Source of the DNA: Octopus vulgaris
Lineage: Eukaryota
DNA: 64,000 bases
Assembly (NCBI GenBank): GCA_951406725.2
Contig: OX597822.1
Location: forward strand, 92,752,001-92,816,000
Direction of reading: 5' to 3'
Both the position numbers and the translations under genes were made by a program. Shown here one piece after another: positions 11,393-23,315 of the stretch. The notes under the pieces are model-generated. The model ran no database searches, was not told the origin of the DNA, and saw nothing but the letters and a program-made list of their open reading frames with translations. Position 1 is the first letter of the stretch. Each line of letters begins with the position of its first letter.

Positions 11393-11786
11393 GTGAGGGT
11401 CATACGGTTTTTCTCTTTTGCTTTGCTGCTGGTGTTGAGGTGTGGTTTACTTCCGAATTATGTGGTCTTCAGTTCGGTTCCACTGCATGGTACCTTGGCT
11501 AAGTGTTTCCTACTATTGTCCTGGGCCCTCCACAGCCATGTGAGTGGATTTAATAGATAGTAACTGAAATAAGCCTATTGTGTGTGTGTGTGTGTGTGTA
11601 CATGCGTGTGTGTGTATTTGTCCAAGTGTGTGACTCGGGGGGCCTGCTACTCGACTGGGAAAGGCTCTGTATTTGACTCAAAGGGACTTGGTAGCAACTT
11701 GGACAGGGGACTTGGTACTGATTTCTTAAGACTTGTACCAACTTGGGACTCGGTACTGACCTAAATGTACTGCACCATTGGGTGTT

Positions 11787-11995
11787 AACACTTTACTGTA
11801 TTTATTTTATGTTTCTTTCAATTATTTTAAGTATAACAAAGAATTTAATAAAATAACTTAGTTATCATTAAGCTAGTGTTAGGAACATAAATTGTGACTA
11901 AGGTTTGGTAGAAGATTTTAATTCAGAACTTTTGAAAACAAGACATTTATACTACAGAGCCAGAAGTGGTTTCAGCCAGTTTGGTAACGAAAGGG
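11787..11995. mobile_element. TTAA MITE family P2, partly decayed
   Basis: Shares aagctagtgttaggaacataaattgtgactaag with copies at 34605, 56896 and 57137; ends aaaggg|ttaa. Confidence 0.7.
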
Positions 11996-12170
11996 TTAAG
12001 TGATTTGATGATATTTGAGAGATGTTGCTAGTAGAAGGACATAAACCATTGACCACTTGTTTGGTTGACCAATACTCTGTCAACCATTGACATACTTGAT
12101 GTATGTACCACTTTCTATTCATTTAAAAAATATGCTAGTTTTTCTCTTTCCATGTTTTTCTTTTATCCAG

Positions 12171-15013
12171 CTGAGCTGGAAGAGAATAATTCTCAACAGA
12201 TGAAGAAAATGGCTGACCAGCATACCCATTTAGAAGAAGTGAACCTTCAAGTTTCTGAGTTGAGTGCAAGATTCGAGGAAACTAAACTGACCAATCAATC
12301 ATTAACAAGAGAGAAAGACACACTCAACCAATGGAATGCCTCGTTAGGAGAGCAGTTTTCGAAAATTGCTTCCCTTGTCAAATTGGTGATTGGAGAAGAT
12401 ACTGAGGGATTGAACTTGAGCACCATGTCAAATGATGAAGATTTGGTAAAAGTTGAGGCAGTTGTCAATGAAATGTCTTCAAAGGTGACAAAACACAAAG
12501 AGAACTTACTTCGGCTAGAGTCAGAGAATAAATCTTTGGCTGAATTTCGCATTCATGAGAAAGAGGAGGCCGATAAGATAATGAACGAAAGAGCTAACGA
12601 GATTTCTCTGTACCAGGAAACGGTCAGTGCTTTGGAGGCAGAAAAGCAATCATTGAGTCAAAATTTGGTAGCAGCTGGGAATAATTGCAAAGCTAAAGAT
12701 TTGGAGGTTGAGAGGCTGAAGTGTGTAGTTGAGTCGCTACAGGTGACTGAATCAACAAAGGAACGTTTTGCTGAAATGGATACACTCTTGGTTCAGCGCC
12801 AGCAAGAAGTCAGCCAACTGACTGAAGAATTGACCAGCTTAAAACAGAGCAGTTCAAAAGATCTTGCAACTTTGAGAAAGAGTATTGAGGAATTTGAAGG
12901 AAAAGTTCAGGGAAAAGATGAATGTGTTAGAAATTTGACACACCAGCTTGACGAAGAAAAGGAATTGGCGATTCGTTTGACTCAGCAGCTTGAAGAGGAG
13001 AAAGAATTGGCGATTCGTTTGACACAACAGCTTGATGAAGAAAAGGAATTGGCGATTCATTTGACTCAGCAGTCTGATTCTCAGGCTGAAGAGATTGAAA
13101 AGCTCAAATTACAAATATCTTCTCTTCTAGAGACTGGAAAACATGCAAAAGTGAATTTTGAAGAAAGTAATTCTAAAATTGAGAAGTTTGAAAATGAAAT
13201 TGCAAAACTTAAATCTGTAAATGAAAGCTATCAGCAAGAACTGGAGAAAGTGACACTGGACAAGAAAACACTCGAGAGTAGCTTTGAGGAATTGAAGTCT
13301 AATTACTCAGCTTTGGAATGTGATTATACTGAGTTGAAGCAGAGTTTAGATAAAATAGAATCTGAGAAAACACAATTGATATCTGTGAACGAGGATTTAT
13401 CTAAAGTGGCAGAAGAAAAGAATAAATTATTACAAGAACTTGAAGAATTTCATACAAAAGAAAAGGAAGCTATTCAAAAAATGAATGAGAATTTGAAAAC
13501 TGAAATGGAGGCATTGGAGTCTGACAAAAACCATCTTCAAAATGTCTATGACCAAACAGTTCAGAGTTTGTTGGATAACCAAGAGAAATTGCATAAACTA
13601 AATGAAGAGCATTTAGCGTTGGAAGATCATTTTAAGGTTCAGAGTGAAGAATTTGTTCAAATGAAGAAAGAATTTGAAGAAAGTAAGGAAGCATCTTTGA
13701 AAACAATAGCAGATTTAGAGAAGTCATTGCTTGAAGTAGAATCGAATGCCTCTTCTGAAAAAGCGAGCATGAATAAAGAAGTTCAAGAACTTTTGGCAAT
13801 GAAGGAGTCCTTATTGGTTAAAATTGAAGAGCTTTCTCGTAGCAGTGGTTCTGGTGAAGCACAGCTTTTGGCATCGAGAGAAGCAGTATCTCAGGTGTTA
13901 GGTAAAGCCAATGATGAGCTGGAAAGTTTCAAAGAACTTTGGTCAATTGAGAAAACTGAACTTTGTAATAAAATCAGAAGTTTGTCTGCTGACCTTGAGA
14001 ACTCACAGCAGGAAAAGAATGGTTTGCAACAGGAGAGAGGGCGTTTGCAACAGGAGAGAGGGCGTTTGCAACAGGAGAACGAAAGATTGCAACCAGAGAA
14101 TGAAAGACTGCGACATGAAATGAATAATTTTCAAAAAACGATAGAACAATTGCATCATGAAAACTTAGGATTGCAACATCAAAAGGAGGAGCTGCAATAT
14201 GAAACGGAGAATTTCAGAGACAAGAACAATAGTTTGCAACATGGAAAGGATGGCATGCCGCAGGAGAGAGGAAGTTTGCAACAAGAGATAATTGATTTGC
14301 AAGGTTTGCAACTGGAAAAGAATAGCTGGCTGCAAGAGAAAGAAAGTCTACAACAAGAGTGCGAAAATTTACAACGAGAGAAAGATACCCTGTTGCAAAA
14401 GAACACGAATCTACAGCAAGAGAAAAACTTTTTGTTACAAGAAAATACAAGTTTACAACTGAAAGAAGAACAGCAGGTTTCTAAAATTGATTTGTTGGCT
14501 GAGAACCAGGGTTTGCAGTCAAAGGAAAAGAAGGGTTTTGAAAATGAGGATTTGCAGTCAGAGGAAAGGAAAGGTTTTGAAAACGAGGGTTTACGATGGG
14601 ACAATGATGATCTACAACCGCATCAACAAGAACTACGACTAAGTTGTCTACAGGCTTCAGTTGTACAGACATGTGAAGCAAACCCTCGTGTTCCGGAAAG
14701 TTTTGTATCCAAGGATTTAGGGAGCCACACTGCGAAACGTCAGAGTGTTGAAGTGCCTTTAGAAAAATGCAGAGAAGAGTGTGGTACCACTGTTGGCAGT
14801 AGCAAAGGTGAAGGCAGTGGCAACACCTTTGTTAATGGAACTGAGACCAGCCTCAGTGCTGTGGATACTTTGGAAAACTACAAAGAGCAGTTAGAGATGA
14901 TGGCTGAGAAATATGAAATGGAGTTGAAGTATGTTCGCCTGAACATTCTGTCTGAGTTAGCTGAGGAGAAGGAAAACTTTGAGAAGGAAGTTGAACAGAG
15001 ATACTGTTTGAAG
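12171..15013 (+). CDS. AKAP9: Very large (2843 nt) coding exon, coiled coil with 14-aa and 7-aa tandem repeats
   Basis: ttttatccag acceptor, phase-1 start (G|CT = Ala), 985-aa ORF of heptad composition, donor AAG|GTAAGC phase 0. Confidence 0.9.
12935..13072 (+). repeat. Coding 42-bp tandem repeat, 3.3 units (LTQQLDEEKELAIR)
   Basis: Directly visible at DNA and protein level. Confidence 0.9.
14003..14630 (+). repeat. Coding 21-bp (heptad) degenerate tandem repeat, LQQExxx
   Basis: LQQERGR/LQQENER/LQQEKNF units; DNA ttgcaacaggagagagggcgt is repeated. Confidence 0.8.
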
Positions 15014-15634
15014 GTAAGCTGATCCATTCCATTGTTTGTTTCTAAGTTGGCCCTGTTTAAGCAAGTCATTGATCAATTGTAAAGAGTCCATCCATGACCA
15101 TTCTGACTTTTATTTATTCATTTATTTTTTTCATTCATAGGCATGGCTGTGTGGTTGAGATGCTTGCTTTTTAATCATGTGGTCTTGGATTCAAACTTAG
15201 TGCACAGCACCTTGGGCAAGTGTCTTTTGTTAAAGCCCTGAGCCAACCAAAGCCATGTCAGCAGATTTAGTGGACAGAAACTAAAAAAAATTCCATCGTG
15301 TGTGTGTGTGTGTGTATATACGTTTAGGCTTAACAGCCCTTCCTGTTTGTTTTCGCTGTCCTGTTTGTGTTACCTATTTGGACCCTCCGCAAAATCCCAA
15401 ATTTTATTTAATTTGCTTTGCGGGAGCAACTGTTTTATCAAAAGCGTATATTGTGGTTAAATGCTCGCAATACGAGTCTAAAAAACAGCCAACAACTGAT
15501 GAAGGGTCGTCTTTATGTTGTTTGTTTTGTTTTCCATTTGTGTCTTTCATTGTTCAAAAGAATAGTTCATGTTCCATGTACTCGTGCTTCGTACTTTTTG
15601 TTGTACACACTTCATGAAGTCCTGTGCCCACATA

Positions 15635-15689
<55 letters not shown>

Positions 15690-15694
<5 letters not shown>

Positions 15695-15851
15695 ATGGTT
15701 GAAGATTTGTTTGATGAAGGTTGAAATTTATTTGCAACGGCATGTTGTAAGATGTGAAAGATGAACAGTGCATCAAGTTGGAAGGAAATATTTATTTTCT
15801 GTTACATTGAATGTAATACCTTGCCTTGACGGGCAGGTGATAAAATCCTAG
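15690..15851 (+). mobile_element. Helitron-like 3' end fragment
   Basis: GC-rich hairpin ccttgcc-ttgacg-ggcagg followed 10 nt later by CTAG|T (15848-15851); starts in (TA)n. Confidence 0.45.
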
Positions 15852-16840
15852 TGCATGCGAAGTAAATATAGATATAGATTTTCCTTGCATAGTTTGTGTT
15901 TGTGTTCTCATCATTGTTTAGTAGTAATTACAGAGAGAGAGATAGAATGATGTTGTACGAGAACAGAATTAGAGCTAGTGAGAGTGTGTGGGACGTTGTC
16001 TTTCTTTTTCCCTCTGGCTGTTTGTCTGTCTGCTTCCATGATTCTAGTGGTCGGTTCACTAACTGATGTTAGCTCTCTCTCTCTCAACTCAGGAGTTGTT
16101 ACCAAGTGACTAACTGGTTGAGACGTCACCAAATGACCACTGATTTTTGCTTGGGGGTTCTTGCTTTTATAACTATCCAGAAAGATAGGCATATCATTGA
16201 AAACAATAGATTTAGTTGGTGGTCTTGTTATCTTAATTCTACCTTTTGGTGAAATAGAAGAGGTTAGAAAGGTCAAGTGGTGAAGACATTATTTCGGCCT
16301 AGCTAAGGCAATCTGGCAAATGTAAAGCTGCTGTCACAGAAAAACTATAGTTTTACCGTGTGAAAAGTTTTGTTGAGGTGTTAATTTAAATTTGGCCATG
16401 GTGAATCAAATCTACTTCATGTCTGCAAGATTCATTACACACACATACACACACATATATATATATTTTTTCAATCCAAGGAAAAACAGTTTCCTTTAAA
16501 GGGATGGAAAGCATTCAATTTTCCACTGGTTCTTCAGTTCAATACAACAATATTGTAGAGAAGAATTTATCACAACTGAAGAAGGTATATTTTGAATATA
16601 GAAAGATGAAAAGAAAATAGAGATATGTGATTGATGTATTATAAATTTATTAACATTATAGGCACAGGAGTGGCTGTGTGGTAAGAAGCTTGCTAACCAA
16701 CCACATGGTTCCAGGTTCAGTCACATTGCGTGGCACCTTGGGCAAGTGTCTTCTACTATAGCCTTGGGACGACTAAAGTCTTGTGAGTGGATTTGGTAGA
16801 CTGAAACTGAAAGAAGCCTGTCATGTGTGTGTGTGTGTGA

Positions 16841-18890
16841 TTTTAATCTGCAACGCTAACTTCAGGAAATCAGACAGCCACTTGATAAACTATTAATCAG
16901 GCGACTCTGCTAGCCAGATTGATTTCATCCTCACCAGACAGCGGGACACAAGGTTGCTCTTAAATACAAAGACCCTCCCGGGTGAAGAATGTACCCCCAG
17001 CATAGGCTAGTCATTGGTTACTTTAGGCTCAAGACCAGAAGGATACCAAGAAGCAGACCAATCCAAATAAGGATTTGGAAGCTAAAGAACCCTTCACATA
17101 GTCAGTGATTTAGGGACATCCTCAACAAGAAATTTGATGAGAAGGAGGAGGAGCTACAGACATTAGACATAGAAGGTAGCTCGAAATTCCTATGGGACAG
17201 CTGGCTGAGTGCCACAGACAAAGTCTGCGAATGGTGCAAAGTCCCTTCCAGACTTAAAGTTATGTTGTGGTGGAATAGTACTGTAGACAAAGCCATTAGA
17301 GCAAAGGAACAAGCCTGGAAAGCCTGGAAGGGTGGGGTAGCATGGAACTGTACCAGGTCGCCAAAAGGGAGGCTGGGTGGCAGGTATACATAGCCAAGAG
17401 CGAAGCAGAAAAGAAGTTTGCCAATGTCCAGCGACGTGAGGACCAAAGAACTGAGGTATTTCAGATTGCAAGACAGTGTGTGAGAGAAAATTGTGACATC
17501 ACAGGAGAGAAATGTGTCCACATGGATGATGATACACTTGCTTTTAATGATTCGGAAAAGAAAGAAGCTTGGAGAAGCCATTATGAAAGGCTACTGAATT
17601 TGGAGAATGACTGGGAGAAGGAGGGCCTGCCAAATGTTGACCCAGTAGAGGGACCAGCTATCCATATAGACAGCTCCCTAGTAGATAAAGCAATTAAGGG
17701 TATGAAGCCAGGAATCACTGCTGAGATGCTTAAATCATCTGGTGGTGTGGGCTATGGCCTAGTCACCTACATTGTAAAGCAAGTAGTTCATGATGGAGTC
17801 ATACCCAACGACTGGCGTAGCAGCACCATAGTCAACTGCTACAAGGGTAAAGCTGATGCTCTAGATAGAAATAACTACAGGGGTATCAAACTGCTGGATC
17901 AGGTGATGAAGGTCATGGAGAGGGTCAAAGCCCATCTCATTAGGTAGAGAGTCTGCTTAGATGAGATGCAGTTTGGTTTTGTGCTGGGTAGAAGCACTAC
18001 TGATGCCATATTCCTGGTTTGACAACTACAGGAGAAATACCTAGCTAAAGATAAACCCCTCTACTTAGCTTTTGTGGACTTGGAGAAAGCCTTTGACAGG
18101 GTCCCCCGATCCCTTATCTGGTGGGTGATGCGGAAACTGGGGATTGATGCATGTTTAATAAGGGCTGTACAGTCCCTGTACAGAGAGGCTGTTAGTAAGG
18201 TTAGGATTGGCAATGAGTATAGTAAAGAATTCCGGGTAGAAGTAGGGGTCCACCAAGGTTCAGTCCTCAGTCCCTTGTTATTCATCATAGTCCTCCAGGC
18301 AATAACAGAGAAATTCAAGACAGGTTGCCCCTGGGAGCTCCTCTATGCTAATGACTTGGCCGTCATAGCAGAATCACTGCCAGAACTAGAGGAGAAATTT
18401 TGGTTGTGGAAGCAAGGTTTAGAATCAAAAGGCCTTAGAGTCAATGTAGCAAAGACCAAGTAAGTTGGAAGGTGAACACATTACTCTCAAGTAGGCGACT
18501 CTGCTCAATTTGTAGATAAGGTGTACGTAGAAACTCCATAAGATGTACCCAGTGTAAGCTATGGACACATAAGAGGTGCAACAACATCAAAGGAAGATTA
18601 ACTGAGAAGATAGCTTTCATGTGCGGCAGATGCACAGGTGCAATAAACACCACAGATGTTCAGAAAACAGATTCCATCACACTCCAGGAGGAGAAACTAG
18701 AAGTAGTTGATAGCTTCCACTACCTAGGTGACCAAGTGAGTTTGGGGTGGATGCTCAGAGAGTGTTACCACTAGAATAAGAATAGCCTGGGCAAAGTTTT
18801 GAAAGCTTCTACCCCTACAGGTGACAAAGGGTCTCTCGCTCAGAGTGAAAGGTAGATTGTACGATGCATGTGTGCGAACTACCATGCTTT
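16841..18890 (+). mobile_element. Decayed RTE-clade LINE (end of APE endonuclease, reverse transcriptase with embedded PHD finger), truncated at both ends
   Basis: SGDSASQIDFILTR (APE tail); YKGKADALDRNNYRGIKLL, DLEKAFDRVPR, GVHQGSVLSPLLF, LLYANDL (YADD mutated), FHYLG; multiple stops and frameshifts. Confidence 0.92.
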
Positions 18891-18899
18891 CCTCAATGA

Positions 18900-19080
18900 T
18901 AATAATTATTATAACAATAATAACATCGAAAAGTACCTTAGGAAATAGAACCTAGGTTTGAAATTTCCCCAAGACGCCTGATGAAAGCTGGAGGGTATAT
19001 CAGCCGAAACGTGTTAACAAGCAAGATGAGGACAAATATCCGTCAAATGTAAATAATGTAAATAATTCCTCATCTCTTAA
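18900..19080 (+). mobile_element. Headless copy of the hammerhead-bearing SINE
   Basis: Collinear with the reverse complement of 24407-24575; contains CTGATGA (18978) ... cagccGAAAC (19006). Confidence 0.75.
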
Positions 19081-19135
19081 ACATAGAGCTATATATTATC
19101 TCTGAATAAATTGACTTATTTCATTGTGTTTTCAG

Positions 19136-19333
19136 TTGGAATCCGTAAAGGCAGAAAATGACCGAATGTTTATCGAGAATCTTCAGCAGGTACGTTCTGA
19201 CCTCGAGCTCAAGCACAAGCAAGAGCTGAATGAGTTACGTGTAAGTGTAATGAAGGAATGCCAGTCTATGTCTCCACAGGAGCTGGACACTAAGTTGTAT
19301 GGTATAATGCATGACTTGCATGCCGAGAACCAG
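19136..19333 (+). CDS. AKAP9: Coding exon (LESVKAENDRMFIENLQQVRSDLELKHKQEL...)
   Basis: gttttcag acceptor, donor CAG|GTGAGT, phase 0-0, 66 codons, helical charged composition. Confidence 0.87.
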
Positions 19334-19989
19334 GTGAGTCCCTCCCTTTCCTCTTCAATTAATCAAATTCTTGTTGCAACTAGTGAAATTCTGATCGGAC
19401 TCCAGAATTAAGAAATCATCGTCGTCATCATCATCATTGCTTAACTTCCGTTTTCCTTGCTAGCATGGGTTGGACATTTTGACTGGGGTCTGGAGAGCCA
19501 GTAGCTGCAACAGGCTCCAATCTGATCTGGCAAGGTTTCTACAGCTGGATGCCCTTCCTAATGCCAACCACTCTGACAGTGTAGTGGGTGCTTTTTACAT
19601 ACCACTGGCATGAGGGCCAGTCAGGCAGCCCTGGCAGCGATCACTTTCGAATAGTGCATTTTATGTGCCACCGGCATGGGAGCCAGTTAGTGGGCACTGG
19701 CATCATAAGGGTTGTTTAAGGTGAATTATCCAAACCCCAAAGAATTCCTCTCAACACATGGCAACGATGCTCCCCCACTACTTCTACTCACAATCAGAGA
19801 TGCACATATCGTCAGCCACTAAGGGACATGCTCAACTGGTTATGGTCAAACAACTGAATAGCAAATCTGTGGTGTTGAGCAGAATATTTACTGTAGCCCA
19901 TCTGTTATACCAAGACAAGACAATGATAACACTTCCAAGCAGTTAAGATAAGCAGTCATGAGAGCCACTATCTGGTACTGCATCAGGTC

Positions 19990-20067
19990 ATTTATTACTA
20001 CTACTACTACTACTACTGCCGCCGCCGCCACCGCCGCCACAACCACCACCACTACTACTACTACTAG

Positions 20068-20109
<42 letters not shown>

Positions 20110-20116
20110 CACCACC

Positions 20117-20186
<70 letters not shown>
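19990..20186. repeat. Compound (ACT)n/(ACC)n/(GCC)n trinucleotide microsatellite
   Basis: Directly visible. Confidence 0.95.
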
Positions 20187-20641
20187 TTATTGTCATCGTT
20201 ATTAGGGTGGCGAGGTGGCAGAATCGTTAGCATACTGGACGAAATGCTTAGTGGTATTTCGCCTGTTGCTAAGTTCTGAGTTGAAATTCCACCAAGGTTG
20301 ACTTTGTCTTTCATCCTTTCGGGGTCAGTAAATTAAGTACCAGTGAAACATTGAGGGTTGATGTAACTGACCAGTCCCCTCCCCCAGCATTTCTGGCCTT
20401 GTGCCTTTGAATGTGACCGATGCCAGTGCCACCTGGCTGGCACTCGTGCCGGTGGCATGTAAAAAGCACTCACTACACTCTCAAAGTGGTTGGCATTAGG
20501 AAGGGCATCCAGCTGTAAAAACCTTGCCAAATCAATTTGGAGCCAGGTGCAGCTTCTCGGTTTGCCAGTCTTCAGTCAAACCATCCAACCCATGCCAGCA
20601 TGGAAAGCAGATGTTAAATGACGATGACAACGATGATGATG

Positions 20642-20689
<48 letters not shown>

Positions 20690-21169
20690 GTAATCACTGA
20701 TGGGGGTTGATGAGAGTTTATGGTCTGAGTTCAGAAGCCACAGTGGTTGACTCTTTCTATCTTCCCTGGTTTGATAAAAATAAACACCAGGCTCAAAGGG
20801 TTTAGTTGAACAAATCAACCCCAGTACTACTTAGTTAATTTCTTTATAAATCTGCTACTTACTCTAGCAGTCACTTGACAAACTGCTAAGTTACACTGAC
20901 ATAAACAAACCAACACCAGTTGTCAGGCAGACACAAAGAAACACATACTCTCTCTCTCTCTCTCTCTAAATACACACACACGATGGCCTTCCCCACTGAT
21001 TCTGTCTACTAAATTCACTCATTGTTCAGCCTGGGACTGTAGTAGAAAATACTTATCCAAGGTGCCATACAGTGTGATTGAACCTGAAACCACATGGTTG
21101 CAAAGTGAGTTTCTTAACCACACAACCGTGTCTGGACAAAAAAAAAAAAAGAAAGAAAGATCAGATAAA

Positions 21170-21327
21170 GGCGCAGAAGTGGGTGTGTGGTAAGAAGCTT
21201 GCTTCCCAACCACATGGTTCTGGGTTCAGTCCCACAGTGTGGCACCTTGGGCAAGCGTCTTCTATAACCTCAGGCCGACCAAAGCTTTGTGAGAGGATGT
21301 GGTAGACGAAAACTGAAAGAAGCCCGT

Positions 21328-21369
<42 letters not shown>

Positions 21370-21591
21370 AACACATACACACATGTATTTGTGGTTTTGT
21401 GTTTGTCCCCTCCCACCATTGCTTTACAACTGATGTTGGTGTGTTCATGTCCCCGTAACTTAGCAGTTCGGCAAAAAGTGACCAATAGAATAAGTACTAG
21501 GCTTACAGAGAATTAGTCCTGTGGTTGATTTGTGAGACTAAAGGTTGTGCTGAAGCATGGCCACATTCAAGTGACTGAAACAAGTGAAAGA
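21170..21591 (+). mobile_element. SINE family 1, full-length reference copy
   Basis: tRNA-like head (gtgtggtaag A-box-like, gggttcagtcc B-box-like), gcaccttgggcaag CORE-like motif, internal (TA)n, conserved tail. More than ten related copies in the window. Confidence 0.8.
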
Positions 21592-21919
21592 ATTAATCTT
21601 GGAATTATTTTGTCATCTTTGCATCAACTTGGATGTCAATTCTAACACCAAATGCTTGATGTTAATATCCTAAGGTCACAGCATGTTCTGGAATGATCTA
21701 CTTTACTTTCATATTTTTGTTTCTCATAACGGTGATAATATGGGATTTCATGTCTACTTCAGCTATATTTTAAGATTTTTGTGTACAATTATATCTGAAA
21801 ACACTCACAAGCATAGGGGCTACTATATGATTGCTTGACTTGCTGAAATTGGCAGCTACATTTTCCTCAAACCATGTTCTATTGTCTTAAAAGAACACAT
21901 TTGATATTTTTCTCTTTCC

Positions 21920-22110
21920 ACTTTATGTCAGGTGGCACATAACACTTCCACTCTCTCTCTCTCCCTGTACTGTTAATGGCTGTGTTTTGCACCTGGTCCC
22001 ATGTTTCCCAGCTACTGGCTTGTTTCTCTTTTTCAACAAGTCTTCTCCAGGTGCTCCTGGATCCTCTGTGCTTCCTCTTTCTTCAGGGGCCCTTGTAGTG
22101 GTGTAATTGG
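21920..22110 (-). mobile_element. Old RTE-type LINE 3' fragment
   Basis: Minus strand shows a frameshifted KRK..RSTWRRLVEK-like C-terminal motif. Confidence 0.4.
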
Positions 22111-23084
22111 TCCCTGAAATTCCTCTCCGTTTTAACTCAAGCCTGTTGTATTTCTGTCTCTTTCTACGTTAGGAACCACTGCATTTCTAAACCTGTGGTT
22201 CCTCACCCTCGGAGTGTCTGTTTCGGCAACCGGCAGCTCCTCGGTCGTTCTGTCCCTGCGTCTGTGGACAATCTGCGGCAAACAGGATGTCTCTACATGC
22301 GGGATTGTTGGGGACCGCTTGTGAAATTCATATTCTCACGAAACTTCTTCCACTGCCATAGTTCGAGATGCCTTGAGGGTGGTGGAAGAAGCTGACTCAA
22401 CCCTCTCAGGGTGAATGTCGCCACAAGTACAAGTACCCTTTTTAGTATCCGGGTCAGATCTAAAACCTGGGTTTTTTTTAGAGGTCTGCACCAAAATAAG
22501 TAAAATACAAGTCAAAGAAAAATTTATTATATCTATTGAGGGTCGCTGGAAGGGTGCTTGAGGGTCGCATGCAGCTCTGGGTACCACAGTTCAGAACTAC
22601 TGTTCTAAAGTGTTGGGCATTCTTCTGAGTGTTGGAAGTTTCTATAATGAGAAGTTCTTTGTTTTCAGGATCAGCTGATTAACCTAGTGCCAGATGTTGG
22701 TTTTCTATCAGGGTTTCTTTCTTGTAGACAATTACACTGCTGCCCATTTAAACTAGCTCCCTCTGCCCAGGATTTGAAACTGGAGTTTCCTTCTTGTAGG
22801 TTTATGGCCCTCCAGCCTGACCAGCCTAATCTGAAACTCTTCTCAAAAACTAGTGCTGATAGTGTGTTGGTTGTTTGTACACACTGCTAAGTTAGTTACA
22901 TCTACGTTTGTATCCAATCTATCCTTCCCAGTGACCAGAAGGAGCATCCATATTGACATCACATGAATGTACTATAATGGGGTTCATACAGACCCATAAC
23001 GCTGATTTCTCAGTTTCCATGGCTTTTGATGAAAGGCATTTCAGCCATGACTCTCTTATCTTTTCATATATCCTATACTACTAG

Positions 23085-23315
23085 GGCAGCGAGCTGGCAG
23101 AGTCATTAGCTGGCCGGGCAAAATGCTTTGCGGTATTTTGTCTGTCTTTACGTTCTGAGTTCAAGTTCCGCTGAGGTCGACTTGGCCTTTCATCCTTTCA
23201 GGGTCGATTAAATAAGTACCAGTTATGCACTGGGGTTGATATAATCGACTTGATCCCTTTGTCTGTCCTTGTTTGTCTTCCCTATGTTTAGCCTCTTGTG
23301 GGCAACAAAGAAATA
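23085..23315 (+). mobile_element. SINE family 2 (Nin/Deu-like), full-length; further copies near 9555, 20206, 37020(-), 51670, 59160(-)
   Basis: gcgagctggcagag head, gagttcaagttcc B box, gcctttcatcctttcagggtcgattaaataagtaccag, tail tgtgggcaacaaagaaata. Confidence 0.78.

Noticed and set aside
11393-11502. Hydrophobic read-through tail of the 10246 ORF
   Set aside because: Lies past a good phase-matched donor and runs into a decayed SINE head.
15490-15525. CTGATGA with a possible stem I (aacaa/ttgtt)
   Set aside because: No GAAA box or convincing stem II, so not called a hammerhead.
15911-16276. 121-aa minus-strand ORF
   Set aside because: No recognisable domain or splice context; probably a repeat fragment.
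19888-20314. Poly-V, poly-T and poly-S/G ORFs
   Set aside because: Trinucleotide microsatellite translations.
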